Part shown: in pieces, positions 1-9,536 of the stretch
How positions within the stretch are numbered: the first letter of the stretch is position 1
How the letters are laid out: every line of letters starts with the position of its first letter
NCBI GenBank assembly: GCA_964291495.2
Contig: OZ219872.1
Span: 480,001-544,000, forward strand
Direction of reading: 5' to 3'
DNA length: 64,000 bases
Source: Dehalococcoidia bacterium
Lineage (GTDB): Bacteria; Chloroflexota; Dehalococcoidia; UBA2979
Made by a program: the position numbers and the translations under genes
Notes under the pieces: generated by a model
Databases searched by the model: none
What the model was told of the DNA's origin: nothing
The model's input: only the letters and a program-made list of their open reading frames with translations

Positions 1-1
1 C

Positions 2-1006
2 CGCTTCGCCGGTAGCGATGTGGGCCTCGTGCGCGACTGCGGGCGCTACCTCGGTCACGTCCGGGAGCGGGCGCTTGGCCGCACCTTTCGGTTCGGTCGA
101 GGCATCCTGGAGCCCTCGACCGCATTCGTGGTGCGCAACCCCGAGCAGACTCAACGCACCTTGCGCCCGGCGGAAGGCGTGCCCAACGCTGGAGTCACCG
201 TCATCGCCAGCGACGACTCGGCCCGCGGCCTCCAGGACGCCCTGCGCGACATCGAGGCTCGCGAGGGCGAAAGCGGCGCGCCAACTTCAGTGCTCGTGCT
301 CGGGCGCTACCGGGGCAGTGCAGGCGCGCTCCCGCCCCGCCGCGGGAGGCTGCGTCTCGAGTTCAGCACGGTGCACGCCGCGAAGGGCCGCGAGGCCGAC
401 TACGTGGTCGTGCTTGATCTCAGGGACGCGCGGCGCGGCTTCCCCGCCCAGTTCGAGGACGACCCGCTACTTGGGCTGGTGCTGCCGCCTCCGCACCGAG
501 GCGCGTTCGCGCACGCGGAGGAGCGGCGCCTCTTCTACGTGGCGCTCACGCGGGCGCGCCGCGGGACGTACCTCGTCGCCGACTCGCTGCGTCCCTCGGT
601 CTTCGTGGGCGAGCTGCTCCGCGAGTCGCCCGGCGTGCGCCGCCTCGGCGAGTTCAGGCGGGACCGCACGCCCGCCTGCCCGCGCTGCCGCACCGGCCGC
701 CTCGATGTCTCCCAAAGCGGCCGCAGCCTGAGCTGCCTGAACTTTCCCCTCTGCCGCTACCGCGCACCTCGCTGCCAGAGCTGCCGGAGAGGCTTCGCGG
801 TGATCTCCGGCGCCTCGTCCCGCTGCACGAACGCATCGTGCGGCGCCAGCCCGCCGGCCTGCGATTCGTGCCGCGCGGGGGTCATGGTCAACCGCAAGGG
901 GCGGACGGGCTGGTTCCTCGGATGCACGGAGTTCGCCTCGGACCAGCCCTGCACGAACACCCGCAGCCTCGACAATGCTCGAGGAAGGCGAGGCCGCCGC
1001 GGCTAA
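2..1006 (+). CDS. UvrD/HelD-like superfamily 1 helicase, C-terminal part with Cys-rich zinc-ribbon tail (5'-truncated by window)
   Basis: Frame is open from the window edge (RFAGSD). Motifs STVHAAKGREAD and EERRLFYVALTRAR. Three CxxC...C clusters resemble topoisomerase zf-C4 domains. Confidence 0.85.
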   Translation, partial: RFAGSDVGLVRDCGRYLGHVRERALGRTFRFGRGILEPSTAFVVRNPEQTQRTLRPAEGVPNAGVTVIASDDSARGLQDALRDIEAREGESGAPTSVLVLGRYRGSAGALPPRRGRLRLEFSTVHAAKGREADYVVVLDLRDARRGFPAQFEDDPLLGLVLPPPHRGAFAHAEERRLFYVALTRARRGTYLVADSLRPSVFVGELLRESPGVRRLGEFRRDRTPACPRCRTGRLDVSQSGRSLSCLNFPLCRYRAPRCQSCRRGFAVISGASSRCTNASCGASPPACDSCRAGVMVNRKGRTGWFLGCTEFASDQPCTNTRSLDNARGRRGRRG

Positions 1007-2157
1007 CCGCGCTGGCGGCGCATGACGCGGTAGATGTTGTTGCGCTGCACCTCGCTGGCGCCCTCGTAGATGCGGGCGACGCGGATGTCGCGGTAGAGAC
1101 GCTCGATCGGCGATTCGCGGAGGTAGCCGACGCCGCCGTGCATTTGCAGCGAGCGGTCGACCACGCGCTGCGCCGCCTCGCTGGCGTAGACCTTGCAGAT
1201 CGAGGCCTCCGCCGCCACGTCCTCGCCCGCGTCGAGTTGCAGCGCCGTGCGGTAGATCAGCGACTCCGCCGCCATCACCTCGATCGCCATGTCGGCGAAG
1301 GCGTGCTGCGTCACCTGGAAGTCGCCGATCGTCTGGCCGAACAGCTCGCGCTCGTGCGCGTAGCGCCAGCCCAGCTCCAGCGCCTCCTTCGCCACGCCGA
1401 GGCACATCGCCCCGATGCCGACGCGCGAGCCGTTGAGCACCGAGAGCGCGAGCCGGAAGCCACCGTCCGCCTCGCCGACAAGGCCCGCGCGCGGGGTGCG
1501 CACGCCGTCGAGGATCACGTGCGCCGTCGAAGAGGCGCGCAGCCCCATCTTGTCCTCGAGCCGCGCGACCTCGAGGCCGGGCGAACCGCCCTCGACGGCG
1601 AAGAGCGAGATGCCCTCGCGGCCGCGCTCCGGCGCGGTCTTCGCGAAGACGAGGTAGACGCCGGCGCGGTCGCCGTTGGTGACGTAGGCCTTCTCGCCGT
1701 CGAGGACGTAGTCGTCGCCGTCGGCGCGCGCGGTCGTGCGCAGCGCGGGCACGTCGCTGCCGCCTCCCGGCTCGGTGAGGCAGAATGCGCCGACGACCTC
1801 GCCGCTGACGAGCCCGCGCAGCCAGCGCTCGCGCTGCTCGTCGCTGCCGAATCGCTCGATCAGCGGCGCCGCGAGGCCGGTCGAGGCGGCGAGCACGAGC
1901 GCAGTTGAGACGTGCGCGCGCGACAATTCCTCGAGGGCGATCGCGAAGCCGATCTGGCCCAGCTCCGCGCCGCCCCACCCGGCGGGGAACGGTGTGCCGA
2001 AGAAGCCGACCTCGCCCAGCAGCGCGATCACCTCGTCGGCGATGCGCTCCTTCGCCTCCATCTCGTCGACGCGCGGGCGCAGCTCACGGTCGGCGAAGTC
2101 GCGCGCGGTGCGGCGCAGCGCGGCGATCTCGGGCGGCAGTCCGGCGTCGGCGTCCAT
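1003..2157 (-). CDS. Acyl-CoA dehydrogenase
   Basis: FCLTEPGGGSD, LDGEKAYVTNG, KMGLRAS, QMHGGVGY and IYEGASEVQR motifs. Confidence 0.95.
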   Translation of the reverse strand: MDADAGLPPEIAALRRTARDFADRELRPRVDEMEAKERIADEVIALLGEVGFFGTPFPAGWGGAELGQIGFAIALEELSRAHVSTALVLAASTGLAAPLIERFGSDEQRERWLRGLVSGEVVGAFCLTEPGGGSDVPALRTTARADGDDYVLDGEKAYVTNGDRAGVYLVFAKTAPERGREGISLFAVEGGSPGLEVARLEDKMGLRASSTAHVILDGVRTPRAGLVGEADGGFRLALSVLNGSRVGIGAMCLGVAKEALELGWRYAHERELFGQTIGDFQVTQHAFADMAIEVMAAESLIYRTALQLDAGEDVAAEASICKVYASEAAQRVVDRSLQMHGGVGYLRESPIERLYRDIRVARIYEGASEVQRNNIYRVMRRQRG

Positions 2158-2184
2158 CGAGGGCCCTCGCTACGTCCAGGCGGC

Positions 2185-2961
2185 TCAGCGCGCGCGGCCG
2201 CCGCCGTCGATGTTGTAGATCGCGCCGTTGATGTAGGAGGCGTCTTCGCTCAGCAGGAAGGTGACGAGCGCGGCGACCTCCTCCGCCTCGCCGTAGCGGG
2301 CCATCGGGTTGCGCTGCTCGTACTGGCGGCGGGTGGTCTCCGGGCTGTCCGGTGTGCGGCTCGACTCGAGGCGGCGCATCATCTGCGTATTGATCGGCGA
2401 GGGGCAGACGGCGTTGACGCGCACGCCCGCGTCGCCGAACTCGATGGCCGCGGTCTTCGTCATCCCGACGACGGCGTGCTTGCTCGCCCCGTAGGCGACG
2501 ATGCCCGGGGTGGCGCCCAGCCCGGCCACCGAGGAGGTGTTGACGATCGAGCCGCCGCCGCGGTCGATCATCCCCGGCGCCACGTACTTCATGCCCAGCC
2601 ACACGCCCTTGAGGTTGATCGCGATCACACGGTCGAACAGCTCCTCCGGGTACTCCGTGAGCGGGTGCACGGTGCCCTCGATGCCCGCGTTGTTGAAGAA
2701 GACATCGATGCCGCCGAAGTGCTCCGTCGCGCGCTCGACGTAGCGCTCGACCTGCTCGGCGTCCCGCACGTCGGCCTCGAGGGTCAGCACCTCGGCGCCG
2801 GCCTCGCGCACCGGCGTCGCCGCGGCGACGAGGTCCAACGCGTCGAGGTCGACGAGCACGATGCGCGCGCCCTCGCTGGCGAGTCGCAGCGCCGTCGCTC
2901 GTCCGATCCCGCCCGCGCCGCCGGTGATCAGCGCCGTCTTGCCCTCGAATCGCCCGTCCAT
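2185..2961 (-). CDS. Short-chain dehydrogenase/reductase (SDR)
   Basis: TGGAGGIG, NNAG and YGASK motifs. Confidence 0.95.
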   Translation of the reverse strand: MDGRFEGKTALITGGAGGIGRATALRLASEGARIVLVDLDALDLVAAATPVREAGAEVLTLEADVRDAEQVERYVERATEHFGGIDVFFNNAGIEGTVHPLTEYPEELFDRVIAINLKGVWLGMKYVAPGMIDRGGGSIVNTSSVAGLGATPGIVAYGASKHAVVGMTKTAAIEFGDAGVRVNAVCPSPINTQMMRRLESSRTPDSPETTRRQYEQRNPMARYGEAEEVAALVTFLLSEDASYINGAIYNIDGGGRAR

Positions 2962-3060
2962 CTTGTCCTCCGCTCCCCGATGCTCGCGCGTCTCTGTAGT
3001 CGCCCGGCGCAGCGTAGCGAATGTCGGCGGTTCGTACCTGCCGGGGGCGCGCGCCTCGCC

Positions 3061-4245
3061 TCAGGCCGCCGGCACGGACGCGAGCCGCGCGTCGACGCTG
3101 CGCAGCGCCGCCTCGGCCGTCGTGATCCCCTCGCGCTCCGCGAGGTGCAGCAGCCTCAGCGTCGTCGGCCCGACGCGCTTGACCAGCTCCTCGATGCGAT
3201 CGGCGCCGCCGCCGGCGTGGTCGACGCCGGCGGCAATCACGCCGCCGGCGCTCACGATGTAGTCCGGCGCGTAGAGGATGCCGCGCGCGGCCAGCAGCTC
3301 GGCATCGGCGGGGTCGTGCAGCAGCTGGTTGTTCGCCGCACCGCAGACCACGCGGCAGCGCAGCTGGGTGATCGACTGCGGGTTGAGCACCCCGCCGAGC
3401 GCGTTCGGCGAGAGCACGTCGCAGGGCTGCAGGTAGGCGCCCTCGAGGGCGACGTGCTCGCCGCCGATCTCACGTGCGAGGTCCGCGGCGACATCCTCGT
3501 AGAGGTCCGTGACGGCGACGTTGGCGCCCGCGGCAGCCGCCCGGCGCGCCACCTTGGCGCCCACCTTGCCCGTGCCGACGACGACGACGCGGCGGCCCAC
3601 TAGCAAGCTGTTGCCGAAGGCGAACTCGCAGGCCGCGTGCATCCCGTTGATGACACTACGCGCCGTCGGCTCCGAGGTGTCCACGTCGTGCCGGCCGCCC
3701 CGCGCGACGCCGGCGAGGTGGTCGGTCTCCCGCGCGATCGCCCGCAGGTCGTCGAGCGTCGTGCCGACGTCGGTGGTGGTGACGTAGCGTCCCCCGAGGC
3801 GTTCGACGAAGCGGCCGTAGGCGGCGAGCTGCTCCGGTGGTTTGGCTGCGGCATCGCCGACGATCGCCGCCTTGCCGCCGCCGTAGTCGAGGCCCGCGAC
3901 GGCCGATTTCGCGGTCATCGCCGCAGACAGCCGCAGCACGTCGACCAGCGCCTCGCCGATGTCCTCGTAGGGCCGCCATCGCGCGCCGCCAAAGCCAGGA
4001 CCGAGCACGGTCGAGTGCAGCGCGACCAGCGCGCGCAGCCCGGAGGCGGCGTCGTGGTGGTAGTAGACCGCCTCGTGGCCGTCGGGGTCGTAGGGGAGGC
4101 CCGTGCGGGCGCCATCGCCGTCCGGCGCGCGCGTCGAGGTCCAGCGCAGCAGGTCCGCGTCAAGCTCCTCAGCCGGGCCGAGCAGCCCTTCGAGGGCGGC
4201 CCGATCTTGCTCGAATCCGCGACCCGATCCGGATGCGTTCTTCAT
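3061..4245 (-). CDS. Glu/Leu/Phe/Val dehydrogenase family protein
   Basis: LGPGFGGAR, MTAKSA, GGGKA, DVGT, GTGKVG, GAANNQL and YAPDY motifs. Start re-placed at ATG 4245 (MKNASG), 6 nt after a TATTCT hexamer. Confidence 0.9.
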   Translation of the reverse strand: MKNASGSGRGFEQDRAALEGLLGPAEELDADLLRWTSTRAPDGDGARTGLPYDPDGHEAVYYHHDAASGLRALVALHSTVLGPGFGGARWRPYEDIGEALVDVLRLSAAMTAKSAVAGLDYGGGKAAIVGDAAAKPPEQLAAYGRFVERLGGRYVTTTDVGTTLDDLRAIARETDHLAGVARGGRHDVDTSEPTARSVINGMHAACEFAFGNSLLVGRRVVVVGTGKVGAKVARRAAAAGANVAVTDLYEDVAADLAREIGGEHVALEGAYLQPCDVLSPNALGGVLNPQSITQLRCRVVCGAANNQLLHDPADAELLAARGILYAPDYIVSAGGVIAAGVDHAGGGADRIEELVKRVGPTTLRLLHLAEREGITTAEAALRSVDARLASVPAA

Positions 4246-4343
4246 GCATTCAGAATAGCGCCGCACGGCGTTTGCGGCTTCCGCGATGCGAAGCGACGCG
4301 GTCCCGGCTGATCCGGTATTCGACAGCGATCCGGAGGGGATCG

Positions 4344-5009
4344 CTACGCGTCCCCGAGGGCTTCGTGGAGCAGCGAGGCGTGCCCCGCGACGAACGCGGC
4401 GGTTGCCTCGCCGAGCGGCGTCGCGCCGCGCCGCAGGTCGCCCGCCTCGTCGATATCGTCGCGCAGCGAGGGCAGCTCGAGCCAGGCGACGGCCAGCCCG
4501 GCCGTCTCGCCCAGCGCGCGGTGGCGCGCAGCCGATCCGATGCCAAACGCGGGCGCGATCGCATCCGGCGGGCGCAGCCCGAGCAGCCCCGTCCCGCCGT
4601 CGCGCGAGGGCGCAACGACGACCGAGGCCGCCTCGAGCGCCTCGAGGGCTCGGCGCAGTTCGGAGGGCTGTGCGCGCGGCTGATCGGCGGGCAGCACCAG
4701 CGCCGCGCACGCCTCCCGAGCGGCGGCTGCGGCGAGGGCCTGCGTGACGGCGGCGTTGTAGCCGCCGCCCGCGTCCGCGATCAGCTCCGCGCCCGCTCGC
4801 TCGGCGGCGGGCGCGTACTCCTCGTCCGGCGTCACCAGCAGCAGCAGCCCATCGTGCGCGGCGCGCACGGCGATCAGCACGTCCTCCAGCATCGCCAGCA
4901 CCAGCGAGGCGCGCTGCGGGGGCGTGAGCACCGCCGCCAGCCGCGACTTCGCCTCGCCGAGGCCCTTGACCGGCACGATCACGCACAGCCCGCCCGTCCC
5001 GGCGGTCAT
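4344..5009 (-). CDS. cofC: 2-phospho-L-lactate/PEP guanylyltransferase (F420 biosynthesis)
   Basis: VPVKGLGEAKSRL, DGGTG, FGxGSAARH and DID motifs. Start overlaps the cofD stop (ATGA). Confidence 0.9.
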   Translation of the reverse strand: MTAGTGGLCVIVPVKGLGEAKSRLAAVLTPPQRASLVLAMLEDVLIAVRAAHDGLLLLVTPDEEYAPAAERAGAELIADAGGGYNAAVTQALAAAAAREACAALVLPADQPRAQPSELRRALEALEAASVVVAPSRDGGTGLLGLRPPDAIAPAFGIGSAARHRALGETAGLAVAWLELPSLRDDIDEAGDLRRGATPLGEATAAFVAGHASLLHEALGDA

Positions 5010-5929
5010 TCGGTCGCCTCGAGGACGCGCCGCGCCAGCGCCTCGCGGCGCTCCGCGCTCGTCATCATCGTGTCGCAGACCACGGCGCGCAGGCCCAGCG
5101 CCTCGACGGCGCCGGCAAGCGCGCCGTCGACCGCATCGAGGACGAAGCCGTCGACCAGCCCGGCGTAGAGCCGCGCCACGCCGAGCGCGGACACCTCGTG
5201 GCCGAGGCTCCGCATGATCGCGGCGGCGGGGCCTTTCACCGCCTCGCCGCCGACGATCGGGCTGACCGCGACCCGCACCGCCCGCGAGCCCTCGAGGGCA
5301 TCGCGCACGCCGGGCACGGCAAGCAGCGGGTCGATCGAGACGAAGGGGTTGCTGGGCGCGATGATCACGGCGTCCGCCTCGGCGATCGCCTCGATCACGC
5401 CGGGGGCGGGCCGCGCCTCCGCCGCGCCGGGGAAGCGCAGCCCGGTGACGGTCGCCTCGGCACGGCCGCGCACGAAGTAGTCCTGGAAGCTCAGCTCGCC
5501 CTCGGGCGTCACCACGACGGTCGGGTGCGGGTCGTCGGTCACGGGCAGCAGCCGGAAGCGCAGGCCGCGCCGCCGCGCCAGCTCGGCCGTGACCGCGCTC
5601 AGCGGCTCGCCGGCCCGCAGCCGCTCGCTGCGCCAGAGGTGCGTGGCCACATCGCGATCGCCGATCCGGAACCACGGCTCCTCGCCCAGCGCGTCCAGCT
5701 CGTCGAGCATCGAGAAGCTGTCGCCGCTGCGGCCCCAGCCCTGCTCGCCCTCGAGGCCGGCGAGCGTGTAGACGACCGTGTCGATGTCGGGCGAGACGCG
5801 CAGCCCGCGCCATTCGAAGTCGTCGCCGACGTTGCAGACGACGCTGACGTCGGCCGGGTCCACGACCCGGCAGAGGCCGTCGAGGAAGCGCGCCGCGCCC
5901 ACGCCGCCGGCCAGCACGGTGATCCGCAT
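5006..5929 (-). CDS. cofD: 2-phospho-L-lactate transferase (F420 biosynthesis)
   Basis: LAGGVGAARF, NVGDD, SPDIDTVVYTLAG, WFRIGDRD, FQDYFV and PSNPFVSI motifs. Confidence 0.95.
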   Translation of the reverse strand: MRITVLAGGVGAARFLDGLCRVVDPADVSVVCNVGDDFEWRGLRVSPDIDTVVYTLAGLEGEQGWGRSGDSFSMLDELDALGEEPWFRIGDRDVATHLWRSERLRAGEPLSAVTAELARRRGLRFRLLPVTDDPHPTVVVTPEGELSFQDYFVRGRAEATVTGLRFPGAAEARPAPGVIEAIAEADAVIIAPSNPFVSIDPLLAVPGVRDALEGSRAVRVAVSPIVGGEAVKGPAAAIMRSLGHEVSALGVARLYAGLVDGFVLDAVDGALAGAVEALGLRAVVCDTMMTSAERREALARRVLEATE

Positions 5930-5965
5930 GTCGCCGCCTCGCCGAGCCCCGCGCCCGCCTCGCTG

Positions 5966-6943
5966 CTAGATGCCGGACTGGTAGCCGGCGTTCTCCTCGA
6001 TCACCCGGACCGGCGATCCGGCGAGGAAGGCGGCGATGTCCTCGACGGCGTGCTCGTAGTAGACGCGATAGCCGTCCTCGATCACGTACCCGACGTGCGG
6101 CGTGAGCACCGTGTTCGGCAGGCTGCGCAGCGGGTGGTCGAGCGGCAGCGGCTCGCGGTCGAAGGTATCGAGGCCGGCGCCGGCGATCGTGCCCGCCTCG
6201 AGCGCGTCCACGAGCGCGTCCTCGTCGATGATCGGGCCGCGCGAGGTGTTGACGATGTAGGCGCTGTCCTTCATCGCGGCCAGCTCGTCCGCGCCGATCA
6301 GCCCTCGTGTGCGTTCGCTGAGCTTGAGGTGGATCGTGACCACGTCCGAGCGCTCCAGCAGCTCCTCGAACTCCACGAGTTGCGCCCCCGCCTCCTCCGC
6401 GCGCTCCGCCGTCAGGTTCTGGCTCCAGGCGATCAGCTCCATCCGGAAAGCCGCGCCAATCCTCGCGACCTGCGTGCCGAGGTTCCCGAGGCCGAGGATG
6501 CCGAGCGTGGCGCCGCGCAACCCCTGCCCGAGCGCGACCTGCCAGCCCCCCTCGCGAATCGCGCGGTCCTCGTGCGTGATCTGGCGCGCGAGCGCCAGGA
6601 TCAGCGCCCACGTCAGCTCCGAGGTTCCGAAGCCGAGCGAGCCGGTCCCGGAGACGATCGCACCCAGCTCGCGCGCCGCCTCGACGTCGATCGCCGCGTT
6701 CTGGTTGCCCGTCGTGATCAGCAACTCCAGCCGCGGCAGCTTCTCCAGCAGGTCGCGCTGGAACGGGGTGCGCTCGCGCATCGCGACCACGACCTCGAAC
6801 TCGCGCAGTCGCTCCGCGACCGCCTCGATGTCGTGGAGGTGGTCGGAGAACACCTCCACCCGGGTTCCCGCCGGGAGGCTGGACCAGTCCGCCATCTTCA
6901 GCGCGACGTTCTGGTAGTCGTCCAGGACCGCTACGCGAACCAT
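5966..6943 (-). CDS. D-isomer-specific 2-hydroxyacid dehydrogenase
   Basis: VLDDYQ, MRERT, GLGNLG, NTSRG and LTPHVG motifs. Confidence 0.93.
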   Translation of the reverse strand: MVRVAVLDDYQNVALKMADWSSLPAGTRVEVFSDHLHDIEAVAERLREFEVVVAMRERTPFQRDLLEKLPRLELLITTGNQNAAIDVEAARELGAIVSGTGSLGFGTSELTWALILALARQITHEDRAIREGGWQVALGQGLRGATLGILGLGNLGTQVARIGAAFRMELIAWSQNLTAERAEEAGAQLVEFEELLERSDVVTIHLKLSERTRGLIGADELAAMKDSAYIVNTSRGPIIDEDALVDALEAGTIAGAGLDTFDREPLPLDHPLRSLPNTVLTPHVGYVIEDGYRVYYEHAVEDIAAFLAGSPVRVIEENAGYQSGI

Positions 6944-6994
6944 CGGGAACCTCCTCGCGACCTGCGCCCTCCGGCGCGCTGCTGGCTCTGACTG

Positions 6995-7888
6995 TTAGCC
7001 GTGACTGGGCGCGTCCGTCTCGTGACGCTGGTGATACTCCATGCCGGCCGTCGCCGGCGCCTTGCCGTCCACGATCGCCTCGGCGCGGGCTTTGGCGATC
7101 GCGTGGCCGATGTCGGGCCGGCTGATGATGTAGAAGCGGTCCTCGCGGATCGCATCGACGACGTGCCCGGCGATCTCGTCCGCCGTCGGATAGTCCGTGC
7201 GGCTCTGCGAGACGGCGAGACGGGTGTGGTAGCGCTCGAGGTCGAGCTCCGCCTGATCCTCCTGGCCGGGGTTCGCGAACTCCTCGGGGCGTCGCGTGCG
7301 GGTCACCGCGCCGCGGATGTGCGGGATCAGCACGGAGACGCTGACCGCGGCCTCTTCCTGCTTCAGCTCGTGCCAGAGCACCTCGCTGAGCGCCAGCACG
7401 GCGCTCTTCGTGACCACGTAGCTGCCGGTGCCCGGCCGCCCCGCGAGGCCGGCGGTCGAGGCGGTGTTGACGATGTGCCCCTCCTCGCCGCCCTCGAGCA
7501 TGATCGGGACGAAGACGCGCAGCGCGTGGATCATGCCCCAGAGGTTCGCGCCGATCGCCCACTGCCAGTCGCGTTCGGTGGTCGTCCAGATCGAGATGTC
7601 GCGGGTGTTGATGCCGACGTTGTTACAGAGCACGTGGACGCCGCCGAGTTCCTCGCTGACGCGCGCGGCCAGCGCCTCCACGCTCTCGCCGCTGGAGATG
7701 TCCGTCTCGACGGCGAGCACGCGCGCGCCGCGCTCCAGCAGCTCTTCCTGCGTCGCAGCGAGGGCGTCGACGTCCGCGTCGGCGAGGGCGACCGCCATGC
7801 CCTCGCGGGCGAAGCGGCGCGCCATGGCGGCGCCGAGCACGCCGCCGCCGCCCATCACCACCGCGACCTTGCCGGTGAACTCCTGCAT
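6995..7888 (-). CDS. SDR, paralog of the tandem SDRs at 58.5-60.3 kb
   Basis: Start MQEFTGKVAVV. CNNVG, NLWG, GGEEGHIVNTAS and YVVTK motifs. Confidence 0.9.
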   Translation of the reverse strand: MQEFTGKVAVVMGGGGVLGAAMARRFAREGMAVALADADVDALAATQEELLERGARVLAVETDISSGESVEALAARVSEELGGVHVLCNNVGINTRDISIWTTTERDWQWAIGANLWGMIHALRVFVPIMLEGGEEGHIVNTASTAGLAGRPGTGSYVVTKSAVLALSEVLWHELKQEEAAVSVSVLIPHIRGAVTRTRRPEEFANPGQEDQAELDLERYHTRLAVSQSRTDYPTADEIAGHVVDAIREDRFYIISRPDIGHAIAKARAEAIVDGKAPATAGMEYHQRHETDAPSHG

Positions 7889-8034
7889 CGCGCACCCCCT
7901 CGGCCGCCTCGCCCCACGCGGGGCCATCCGTACCACGCGCCGCCCGCGCGCGTCACGCCGCGGCTCGTCGCAGGATAGAATCCCCGAGGCCGTCGCGGCG
8001 CGCGCCGCGCACGATCTGTACGGAGGGAGCCCCC

Positions 8035-9117
8035 ATGCGCGCAGTGATCTTCCATGACGTCGGCAAGCCAATCACCATCGAGGAGATCGAGATCGACGAA
8101 CCACTCGCCGACGAGGTACTGGTCAAGACGGCCGCCAGCGGCATCTGCGGCAGCGACCTCCACTACTTCGACGGCACCTCGGCGATGCCCTACCCGGCCG
8201 TCTTCGGCCACGAGGGCGCGGGCGTGGTCGAGGCCGTTGGTTCCGGGGTCTCCGAGTTCAGCCCCGGCGACCACGTCATCGCCTGCCTCTCCGTCTACTG
8301 CGGGGAGTGCGTCGACTGCCTGACCGGACGCTCGAACCTCTGCGAGCTGAAGCCCGAGCGCGGCCCCGCTGACCCGCCACGGGTGTCACGCGACGGCGTG
8401 GGCCTGCACCAGCACGCCCGCGTGGGCAGCCACGCCGAGTACATGCTGCTGCACAAGAATGGGCTGGTGAAGATCCGCGACGACATGCCGCTCGACCGCG
8501 CCTCGCTGATCGGCTGCGGCGTCACCACGGGCTTTGGCGCCGCGCTGCGCACCGCGAAGGTCGAGCCCGGCAGCACCGTCGCCGTCTTCGGCACCGGCGG
8601 CGTGGGCCTCAGCGCGCTCAACGGCTCCGTCGTCGCCGGGGCGCGCATCGTGATCGCCGTCGACGTTCGCGACGACAAGCTCGTCAACGCCACTAACATC
8701 GGCGCCACGCACGTCGTCAACGGCGCCGAGACCGACCCCGTCGAGGCGATCCGCGAGATCACCGGCGGCGGCGCGGACTACACCTTCGAGGCGATCGGCA
8801 AGCCGCCGGTGGCTCGGCAGGCGTTCGACGCGCTGCGCGCCGGCGGCACCTGCACCGTCATCGGCGTGATGCCGATCGGCTCCGAGATCAGCATCACCGG
8901 ACGCGACCTGCTGCGCGAGAAGAAGCTGCAGGGTTCCTCGATGGGATCGAACCGGCTCAAGGTGGACATCCCGCGTTATGTCGATATGTACCTCGGCGGC
9001 AAGCTCAGGCTCGACGACATGATCACCAACCGTGGCACGATCGACGACGCCCCGGCCATGTTCGACGCCGCCATCGCCGCCGACGAGGCCCGCCAGATCT
9101 TCCTCTTCGACAGCTAG
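8035..9117 (+). CDS. Zn-dependent alcohol dehydrogenase (MDR family)
   Basis: CGSDLH, GHEGAG, CGECVDC...C, IGCGVTTG and GTGGVG motifs. Confidence 0.95.
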   Translation: MRAVIFHDVGKPITIEEIEIDEPLADEVLVKTAASGICGSDLHYFDGTSAMPYPAVFGHEGAGVVEAVGSGVSEFSPGDHVIACLSVYCGECVDCLTGRSNLCELKPERGPADPPRVSRDGVGLHQHARVGSHAEYMLLHKNGLVKIRDDMPLDRASLIGCGVTTGFGAALRTAKVEPGSTVAVFGTGGVGLSALNGSVVAGARIVIAVDVRDDKLVNATNIGATHVVNGAETDPVEAIREITGGGADYTFEAIGKPPVARQAFDALRAGGTCTVIGVMPIGSEISITGRDLLREKKLQGSSMGSNRLKVDIPRYVDMYLGGKLRLDDMITNRGTIDDAPAMFDAAIAADEARQIFLFDS

Positions 9118-9127
9118 CGAGGGTGTG

Positions 9128-9511
9128 ATGAACGATCCGGCCGCGTTCGCCGGCCTCGAGGACGAGGACCACGTCAGCCTCGCGACGTTCAGGCGCAGCG
9201 GCGAGGCCGTGCCGACTGCGGTCTGGTTCGCCCTCCACGAGGGCGCGCTCTACGCGCGCTCTCAGGCCGCCGCCGGCAAGATGAAGCGGATCCGCAACCG
9301 CGGCGACGTGCAAATCGCGATCTGCGACGCGGCCGGCGTCGTGAGCGGCCCGTGGCTCGCCGGGACGGCGCGCATCCTCGAGGACTCGGACCCGCTCGTC
9401 GCCACCGCCGACGCGCTGCTCGACGAGAAGTACGGCGAGCGCAGGCGCGCGCTCGCGCGCTCCCGCGCCCCGGACGTGCGCCTCGCCTGGATCGAAGTAC
9501 GGCCGGCGTAG
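9128..9511 (+). CDS. PPOX-class (split beta-barrel) putative F420-dependent oxidoreductase
   Basis: SLATFRRSGEAVPTAVWF, GKMKRIRN and KYG motifs. Confidence 0.85.
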   Translation: MNDPAAFAGLEDEDHVSLATFRRSGEAVPTAVWFALHEGALYARSQAAAGKMKRIRNRGDVQIAICDAAGVVSGPWLAGTARILEDSDPLVATADALLDEKYGERRRALARSRAPDVRLAWIEVRPA

Positions 9512-9536
9512 CCGGCCGGGGACGGAGAAGGACGCC

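Noticed and set aside
4250-4340. Short hairpins between cofC and the amino-acid dehydrogenase as a riboswitch
   Set aside because: The stems are short and expected at this GC content, no known aptamer consensus is present, and the downstream gene appears leaderless.
4344-7562. Apparent giant fusions in the ORF track (4344-7562, 49642-51954, 50400-52604, 55634-57745, 56407-58350)
   Set aside because: Only the C-terminal portions have motifs. The N-terminal extensions overlap other real genes, so starts were re-placed.
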